Shown here: in pieces, positions 47,644-53,187 of the stretch
Layout: each line of letters opens with the position of its first letter
Position numbering within the stretch: position 1 is the stretch's first letter
NCBI GenBank assembly: GCA_031290455.1
Contig: JAITNP010000252.1
Location: 1-53,187, forward strand
Direction: 5' to 3'
Source of the DNA: Treponema sp.
Lineage (GTDB): Bacteria > Spirochaetota > Spirochaetia > Treponematales > Breznakiellaceae
DNA length: 53,187 nt
Made by a program: the position numbers and the translations under genes
The notes under the pieces: generated by a model
The model's input: only the letters and a program-made list of their open reading frames with translations
Told to the model about the DNA's origin: nothing
Databases searched by the model: none

Positions 47644-48270
47644 ATGTCCAGAACAAAAAATTTTGATGAAATGAAGGTATTGCATAAAATCTTGCTGCTT
47701 TTCCGGCAAAAGGGCTACCATCAGGCTTCGCTGGAGGATATTTTGCGCTCTGGCGGGATAAGCAAGCAAAGTATGTATGATACCTACGGCGACAAAAGGC
47801 AGGTATTTCTGAAAGCGTTTAGACTTTACCGTGAAGAAAGCGTTAAAGCGTTATTCGACTTGGTTCAAGAGGAGCTAAACAAGGAGGTGAGCGCAATTGA
47901 TATTCTTCGCAATATGATTTTTCCGGGCAAAACGCCTGATGAAACAGTTAAAGGCTGTCTCATGATTAACACAATGATTGAGTTGAAGGAAAAAGACGAT
48001 GAAATATCTATTGAAATTAACAAATTGTTGTTATCTTTAGCGGAAATTATAAGATTATTGGTTAAGAGGGGACAAATGAACGGTGAAATCACCGATCGTC
48101 TACCGGTGGATCATATTACGGAGGTGTTGCTGAACACTCGTAATGGAATTCAAGTAAACCAACATTATGAAATGCCTCTGGATATGATGCATAACATTGC
48201 GAATTGGACAATTGACCTCATTCGTGTTAAAAACAGAAAATTCCCCGCGCCAAGTATTTCCCCCGCGTAA
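47644..48270 (+). CDS. TetR/AcrR-family transcriptional regulator
   Basis: 208 aa with the N-terminal HTH 'GYHQASLEDILRSGGISKQSMYDTYGDKRQVF'. Confidence 0.88.
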   Translation: MSRTKNFDEMKVLHKILLLFRQKGYHQASLEDILRSGGISKQSMYDTYGDKRQVFLKAFRLYREESVKALFDLVQEELNKEVSAIDILRNMIFPGKTPDETVKGCLMINTMIELKEKDDEISIEINKLLLSLAEIIRLLVKRGQMNGEITDRLPVDHITEVLLNTRNGIQVNQHYEMPLDMMHNIANWTIDLIRVKNRKFPAPSISPA

Positions 48271-48278
48271 GCGGGTTC

Positions 48279-49589
48279 CTACATATCCGCCAGAGACAGC
48301 CCCCTGAATTCCACCTGATAGCCCGACAATTCGGCCTTGAGTTTTTCCGCTTTCACCGCAAGCTGGGCAAGATTGATTCTTGTGGCATTGCGCTTCACCT
48401 CACACACCGTCGCGGTTTTCGTCAAATCGTTCAGGGCAATGATGTCGATTTCGTTTTCGCTTTTCCGGTCCCACCAGCCGCCGATAGTGGTGATGTCCGT
48501 TTCTTCCGCCAGTTTGTCCCGGAAATAATTTTCCAGAATAAGGCCGCTGTACTGGTCATAGCCCTGGCCGATTACCACCCGGAGCAGCTCGTATTTCCCC
48601 ATTTCCACCAGGGCCTGATTGGGGTAGATAAACCGGAAATAAAACCGCAGGTAGTTGTCGATGATTTTCCACTTGGTATTCCGGCTTTCGGGACGGGAAA
48701 ACAGGGGTTTGTTCCGGGCGATGAGGGAATATTTCTGCTCCAGATTCACCAGGTAGGCCCCGGTATTTTTTTCAATCAGGGAGTCAATCTCGCTCTGGGA
48801 GGTTTTACCCGCCGCGATAAGCTGTAATATGGAAAAATAAATGCCGTACTCCCTGCCGAATTCAGAAATCAGCAAATCCTTGCCTTCGGTGAAGAGCCAC
48901 GAATCCTGCCGGGTCACCGTGTCCAGCATTTTTTTTGCCGTCACCGCCCCCGCTTCCATGAGCAGGGCCGCATATTTTGGAATGCCCCCGGTAATCAGGT
49001 AGAAACACAGCACATCTTCCGGGGTATACACGGGATTATGGTCGCCCAGGATTTCCTTGAGCACGCTTATTTTGAAGGGTCTCAGGATGATTTTTGAGGT
49101 GAGCCTGCCAAAAAGCGGCTCCTTCTGGTCTTCAAAGAGTTTCATCAAAAGGGAATAAATGGAACCGCACACAATAAAATTGATTTTGGCGGTATCCTTG
49201 TATCGGTCCCACAAATCCTGAATGTCGCTGAAAAAGGCGGGCGCCACATGCTCAAATTCCTGAAATTCATCGATGATGAGGGTGTACTGTTCGGTCTGAC
49301 CGAACCGCAGAAACTGCTCAAACAAATCCCGCAGCCGCGTGATGGAGCCGAATATGCGCAGCCCCAGCGCCCTGGCCGCTTCTTCCTGAAACTGGGCGCA
49401 CAAGAGGGGTTCCGGTTTCCGAGACACAAAGAGATAGACATACTTTTTCCCTTTCATGGCTTCCAGAAGCAGGGCGGTTTTTCCAATCCGCCGCCGGCCC
49501 GTCATGAGCGTAAAAGAACTTGCCCGTTCCGATTGTGCCGCAAGGGTGTCAAGGAGTTGTATTTCCATTGTTCTGTCGTAGAATTTCAT
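48279..49589 (-). CDS. AAA ATPase (Arch_ATPase type) with a DUF234 / PD-(D/E)xK-like C-terminal domain
   Basis: 436 aa with Walker A 'GRRRIGKTALL' and Walker B 'LIIDEFQEF'. The C-terminal 'GGWWDRKSENEIDIIAL...ATVCEVKRN' is a D...ExK arrangement. Confidence 0.75.
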   Translation of the reverse strand: MKFYDRTMEIQLLDTLAAQSERASSFTLMTGRRRIGKTALLLEAMKGKKYVYLFVSRKPEPLLCAQFQEEAARALGLRIFGSITRLRDLFEQFLRFGQTEQYTLIIDEFQEFEHVAPAFFSDIQDLWDRYKDTAKINFIVCGSIYSLLMKLFEDQKEPLFGRLTSKIILRPFKISVLKEILGDHNPVYTPEDVLCFYLITGGIPKYAALLMEAGAVTAKKMLDTVTRQDSWLFTEGKDLLISEFGREYGIYFSILQLIAAGKTSQSEIDSLIEKNTGAYLVNLEQKYSLIARNKPLFSRPESRNTKWKIIDNYLRFYFRFIYPNQALVEMGKYELLRVVIGQGYDQYSGLILENYFRDKLAEETDITTIGGWWDRKSENEIDIIALNDLTKTATVCEVKRNATRINLAQLAVKAEKLKAELSGYQVEFRGLSLADM

Positions 49590-49605
49590 TTTATTCCTGC
49601 CTCCG

Positions 49606-49644
49606 TTAATTTAACCTGTATTATTTTAATACAGGTTAAATTAA
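49606..49644. repeat. 18-bp perfect inverted repeat with a 3-nt spacer
   Basis: ttaatttaacctgtatta (49606-49623), ttt, then taatacaggttaaattaa (49627-49644). It lies between the stop of the AlkD-like gene and the SD/start of the ATPase gene. Confidence 0.9.
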
Positions 49645-49655
49645 TTGTCAAGCGG

Positions 49656-50369
49656 TCAGGACAGCGCTATTTTCTTTATTTCTTCTTTTTTGTCTTTGGG
49701 AACTCGGTATGAGTCCTGAATTTTTCGCACCGTCATCTTGAGCGTAGGCGCGTTCAAAACGTTGCCGGCGGCCAGCCACTGCCCGGTGATTTCCGGAAAT
49801 TTGACATAACACACCGAAACGAGCCATGCCTGGCCCATTTGCACGTAGTAGTCATTGTGGCTGAGCGTTTCCATCTGAGCGAGAATCGGCCTGATATGCT
49901 CATCGTCAACGTAAGACGCAAGCATGATGACCAGGGCGCACCGGACGTGCCAGGGGTTCTCACGGCCAAGCCAGGTTCCGGTGTGCCTGAAAAAGCGCGC
50001 CCGGTACTCTGGCGGAATGACCAGCGACAGAGAAAAGGTGTCAGAGACCGCCCAGTTGGTAACCGCATCCAGGAAATCTTCGCTGTTCCGCAGAAAGCCG
50101 CTGTAATCCGCTGTTTTGCGGCGCGAGCGCACCAAGGCCTCCAGGAGGATTTCTTCCTGAAACTCACGGCGGCATTGTTCCAGAAACATCTCAGGATTTC
50201 CCGCGCGAATTTCTTTCGCCAGAGCGCGGAGGATGGGCATCCTGACCCCGATAATTGGCTGCGCCCCCGGAGTCAGGGAGGCGGTAAAATCCCGAAATTT
50301 CGGTTCCGCCAGTTCTTGCAGCCCCTGAATAACCGCTTCCCGCCCGGTAATTGCTTTTTGTTGCTCCAT
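49656..50369 (-). CDS. DNA alkylation repair protein (AlkD/YhaZ-like HEAT-repeat family)
   Basis: 237 aa containing '...LAEPKFRDFTASLTPGAQPIIGVRMPILRALAKEI...'. Confidence 0.65.
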   Translation of the reverse strand: MEQQKAITGREAVIQGLQELAEPKFRDFTASLTPGAQPIIGVRMPILRALAKEIRAGNPEMFLEQCRREFQEEILLEALVRSRRKTADYSGFLRNSEDFLDAVTNWAVSDTFSLSLVIPPEYRARFFRHTGTWLGRENPWHVRCALVIMLASYVDDEHIRPILAQMETLSHNDYYVQMGQAWLVSVCYVKFPEITGQWLAAGNVLNAPTLKMTVRKIQDSYRVPKDKKEEIKKIALS

Positions 50370-50406
50370 ATTTTAGCGCTCCTGTTTCTCAATGAGTGTT
50401 TCTGAT

Positions 50407-51744
50407 TTATTGAAACCCTAACATAAGGATTTCCGGACGATATTCAAAGTGCATGGTGTCGTACAGATACCATTTGCCGCCCCAGGCGAAGCCTTGCTCT
50501 TCAAAGGCGCGGATCACCGGGATTGGCGGATTCAGCCGTTTATCCGCGGGAACAGAATGCCAGTCAATCCCCTTTGCGGCAGTCCACTGCCAGTAGGTCT
50601 CCATACCCGGCTGCGGGGCCGCCTGCAAATCAACGGCAACCCCGTAAGCGTGAAAGCTGCGGCTTTCGCTGCCCGCGATGTTGCGCCAGTTCCAGCCGGA
50701 CACGTTACGGATACTTTTGCGCCAGGCCTGAACTTCCTCGTCATTTTTTGTCAGTTCTTGAATACGCCGCTCCACCCGGCCCAAAGGTTCGACAATATCC
50801 TGATGCACCTGCACAGTGCTTTCAAGAAAATCGACCCATTGCTGGCGCGAATAAGCTTCTTCCCGGGTGCGGGCCTGCCAAATGGTTTCGTAAAACGCGG
50901 AACGGACAGCATCAGGATTTGAAAGCGGGCGTCCCCAACTGGAATATCCGGGCCGCCGCCTGCGGGGAATGATATGCTGCGTCAGGGCGTATAAGCGATT
51001 GTCTCCGGATGCATCATCAGGCCGCTCCGGGGAATACCGGTATATGGACTGAGAACGGAAATTCTCCGGATTGTCCGCGTCTTCTTCGCGCAAAAACCTG
51101 CCCTGGGCATAGTAATAGGAAACGCCGTCCATTTCCATGACCCAGTCGCCATTACGGAACACCGCGGAGCCAAAGCGCCGGCTGTAGGCTGCCGCAAAAG
51201 CTTTCATCACGTCCTCAGCGCGTTCGCCGGCAGCCTTCCGCGCCCCCTGCTCCGTTAATCTGTTCTCCGCCCATTCCGCGGTCATTTGATTGATGTCCTT
51301 TGTTTTTACCCCGGCGAGATAACAAAAGGCCCCGCCCTGTATGACACGGGCTCCCCGCAAGAGGCTTTCAAACTCTTCCTGTAAGTCTTCCCCGTCGTGC
51401 TGATTTGTCCAAAAAGGAATGACCGTACCGTCTATAAAGTCGGTTTGGGCCAGAAATTCCCGCATAACTACGGCGATATGTCCCTTCACGGCAGGCGCGC
51501 CCACGAAGAAGATGTCGTATGCAAGCAGGCTGGGCAGGGGCTTTTTGCCCGCGATGTCAAACAAGTCGCCGCCGGTCTTTTGAGCAATACCCTTTGCCAC
51601 CTTGCGGGTGTTATCTTTGTGCGAATAATAGATAACCAGAGAGCGCCCTGCCCGCTCATCCGGCGGCGGCGCTTTCTGCGCTTTTAAGGCCCCGCACCCT
51701 GCCAGAAGCGCCGCCAGCGCCAGGGCGCCTATTAGTTTCCGCAT
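50407..51744 (-). CDS. lipoprotein fusing a flavodoxin-like domain to an M15 (VanY/YcbK-type) zinc peptidase domain
   Basis: Lipobox 'ALLAGC'. N-terminal domain 'LVIYYSHKDNTRKVAKGIAQKTGGDLFDI...'. C-terminal zinc-ligand motifs 'SFHAYGVAVDL' and 'WGGKWYLYDTMHFEYRPE'. Confidence 0.7.
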   Translation of the reverse strand: MRKLIGALALAALLAGCGALKAQKAPPPDERAGRSLVIYYSHKDNTRKVAKGIAQKTGGDLFDIAGKKPLPSLLAYDIFFVGAPAVKGHIAVVMREFLAQTDFIDGTVIPFWTNQHDGEDLQEEFESLLRGARVIQGGAFCYLAGVKTKDINQMTAEWAENRLTEQGARKAAGERAEDVMKAFAAAYSRRFGSAVFRNGDWVMEMDGVSYYYAQGRFLREEDADNPENFRSQSIYRYSPERPDDASGDNRLYALTQHIIPRRRRPGYSSWGRPLSNPDAVRSAFYETIWQARTREEAYSRQQWVDFLESTVQVHQDIVEPLGRVERRIQELTKNDEEVQAWRKSIRNVSGWNWRNIAGSESRSFHAYGVAVDLQAAPQPGMETYWQWTAAKGIDWHSVPADKRLNPPIPVIRAFEEQGFAWGGKWYLYDTMHFEYRPEILMLGFQ

Positions 51745-52967
51745 ACCGGTATCTGTCTTTTCTCTACCGTCGTAATCGTCGCGGCATAGATGCTGTTGAG
51801 AATTCCCAGGAACGCGGAGAGGGAGAAAAGCACTTCAATCCCGGTCGCTTGCCAAATCCAGCCGCCCAGCAGGGCAATCAGGATGCTGATTAAATGGTTC
51901 ACCGAAATCCCCGTGGAAAGGGTGGCGGTGACTTCCTCCTGGCTGGAAGCGATGGCCTGGACATAGACATTGCTGGCCATGCTTGCCAGGGAAATGACCG
52001 CGTCCAGGATGTAGTTGGCGCAGACCACGAAAAAGGCCACCCGGAAGGGAAAAATCCGGTGGGCGAACCCGTAGAAAAAGCAGACCACCACCAAAAGCAG
52101 GGTGTCCGTAACCATGATGACTTTGTACCCCAGCTTGTCGATGAGTTTTCCCGTCAGGGGGCTGAACACAAAGCCGAAGACCGCGCAGACCGCCATCAAG
52201 AGGGAAATCACCGAGGCGTCCGCGCCATAGTGCAGGATGAGCACATAGGGCGCAAAGGTCAGGAAAATCTGTTTTCGCGCGCCGTAGAAGACTTCCAGCA
52301 TGTAATACTTGTGGAATTTGCGGGCAAAGTAGAGCCGGCGGCGCTTCACCGCGACCCCGGAATCCCGCAGGGACAGGGAAATCAGCAGCGCCCCTGCGCC
52401 GAAGGCAGCGGCAATGCCGAAGACCGCCTTGAAGGGAAGGGCGGGACTTCCTGAAAATCCCAGGGCTTTGAAGGCCCCGAAGACGGCCATCACCGCCAGA
52501 AAACCCGCGATGTTTCCCCCGTGGCCCAGGGCGCCGGTGATTCCCAGGGATATGCCCTCTTTGCCGCTTTGCGCCAGGTTGAGGGACATGGTGGTCCGCA
52601 CGGGCATGATGATATGCTCTCCGGTGCTGTAGACCACCATGGCCAGGACCACCAGGACTTTTTCCGCTGGAAACCCGAACAGTCCCAGCAGCCCCAGGCA
52701 CATTCCCGCCACGCCGAGTTTGAAAACCCGGGTTTCGGAAAACCGGTACATCCAGGCCAGAAGCACCACCACCAGCAGCCCAGGGATTTCCCGGAAGAAT
52801 TCCACGATTCCCCGCCCGAACTCGCTGATATGCACGATTTCCGCAAGATAGTTGTCCTGAATGCCCTTATACAGTCCCGCGCAAATGCCGGAAAACAGCA
52901 AGGTAAGGAGAAAACGGGCGGGTTTTGAATCCCTCCGGTAGATGCCGCGCAAATTAGGAAGCCGCAT
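51732..52967 (-). CDS. MFS-type transporter
   Basis: Start taken at ATG 52967 ('MRLPNLRG...'). About 12 hydrophobic segments. The longer listed ORF would run antisense through the divergent promoter and gene start. Confidence 0.65.
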   Translation of the reverse strand: MRLPNLRGIYRRDSKPARFLLTLLFSGICAGLYKGIQDNYLAEIVHISEFGRGIVEFFREIPGLLVVVLLAWMYRFSETRVFKLGVAGMCLGLLGLFGFPAEKVLVVLAMVVYSTGEHIIMPVRTTMSLNLAQSGKEGISLGITGALGHGGNIAGFLAVMAVFGAFKALGFSGSPALPFKAVFGIAAAFGAGALLISLSLRDSGVAVKRRRLYFARKFHKYYMLEVFYGARKQIFLTFAPYVLILHYGADASVISLLMAVCAVFGFVFSPLTGKLIDKLGYKVIMVTDTLLLVVVCFFYGFAHRIFPFRVAFFVVCANYILDAVISLASMASNVYVQAIASSQEEVTATLSTGISVNHLISILIALLGGWIWQATGIEVLFSLSAFLGILNSIYAATITTVEKRQIPVCGN

Positions 52968-52974
52968 ATGCGGC
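52961..52974. repeat. 14-bp perfect palindrome GCCGCATATGCGGC over the MFS start codon
   Basis: Self-complementary and centred on the CATATG that contains the proposed ATG (52967-52965, minus strand). Confidence 0.85.
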
Positions 52975-53044
52975 GCAGTATACTCTAAAGCCCGAAAATA
53001 TACCAGATGGCGTACGAGGCCTCCGTATCGCCCCCGCCGCCCCC

Positions 53045-53074
53045 TTGACACTCTTCCCCTTGTTTTGCTATACT
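53045..53074 (+). promoter_or_regulatory. promoter TTGACA-18-(TGc)TATACT
   Basis: ttgaca at 53045-53050 and tatact at 53069-53074, preceded by the extended -10 TG at 53066-53067. SD aaggagg and ATG 53111 follow. Confidence 0.5.
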
Positions 53075-53110
53075 CTCCCGCATGTTGCTTTTTGGAGAAG
53101 GAGGAGCGCA

Positions 53111-53187
53111 TGACCACAACTACCACAAGACTTACACGGCAGCCTGACGCAGCACACTTCAACGCTGCCCTCCCTGGCAGGAAAACC
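53111..53187 (+). CDS. 5' end of an unidentified gene running off the window
   Basis: ATG 53111 follows SD gaaggagg and opens the frame 'MTTTTTRLTRQPDAAHFNAALPGRK...' to the window edge. Only 25 codons are visible. Confidence 0.3.

Noticed and set aside
51835-52701. 288-aa minus-strand ORF overlapping the MFS transporter in another frame.
   Set aside because: It is Arg/Gly/Pro-rich and non-membrane-like. The alternative frame encodes about 12 clean hydrophobic segments.
1-53187. Search for CRISPR arrays, rRNA or tRNA genes, and a DGR template repeat, RT or Avd.
   Set aside because: No regularly spaced direct repeats, no rRNA- or tRNA-like sequences and no reverse-transcriptase motifs (YxDD context) were seen in any frame. 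The scan was by eye, so short or degenerate elements could have been missed.

Overview
The window looks like a spirochaete chromosome segment, probably Treponema-like. The evidence is two FlaA flagellar-sheath paralogues and an hslVU-flgB...fliJ gene order; the species cannot be determined from sequence alone.

Core block: about 26 kb (9230-35517) is a single minus-strand array. It contains a hypothetical gene, flaA x2, a reduced dcw cluster (rsmH-ftsL-murF-mraY-ftsW-ftsQ-ftsA-ftsZ), xerD, a TPR gene, dprA, topA, xerC, hslVU and flgB-flgC-fliE-fliF-fliG-fliH-fliI-fliJ. Housekeeping genes follow at 35.6-45.4 kb: fba, infC-rpmI-rplT-zapB-like-zapA, manA, yaiI, a GAF/HD-GYP gene, and purB-guaB.

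Two accessory patches flank the core, and both are partly decayed.

(1) Positions 1-9229:
- an AT-rich, translationally coupled Type III R-M pair (mod/res)
- a multiply frameshifted IS4-family transposase
- a VanX-like dipeptidase pseudogene that keeps a consensus promoter
- a 5'-truncated DUF2135-like fragment
- yefM with only the first 20 codons of yoeB
- an intact secreted protein with a C-type-lectin (DUF1566) tail
- an antitoxin followed by a frameshifted PIN/VapC gene

(2) Positions 45.4-53.2 kb:
- a heavily degraded ftsH remnant fused to the first ~60 codons of a MATE efflux gene
- a TetR/nitroreductase divergon with clear promoters and palindromes
- an AAA ATPase with a DUF234/PD-ExK-like tail, preceded by an 18-bp perfect palindrome
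- an AlkD-like gene
- a lipoprotein fusing a flavodoxin-like domain to an M15 peptidase domain
- an MFS transporter

I found no rRNA, tRNA or CRISPR array. I did not find an unambiguous, complete novel multi-gene system. The most promising leads are:
- the DUF1566-tailed protein as a possible orphan target of a diversity-generating retroelement (DGR), although no DGR template repeat (TR) or reverse transcriptase (RT) is in the window
- the exported flavodoxin-M15 fusion
- the ATPase-nuclease gene with its palindrome
- the toxin-less antitoxin cluster next to the R-M system

All calls rest on by-eye motif recognition and reading-frame analysis; no database search was possible.
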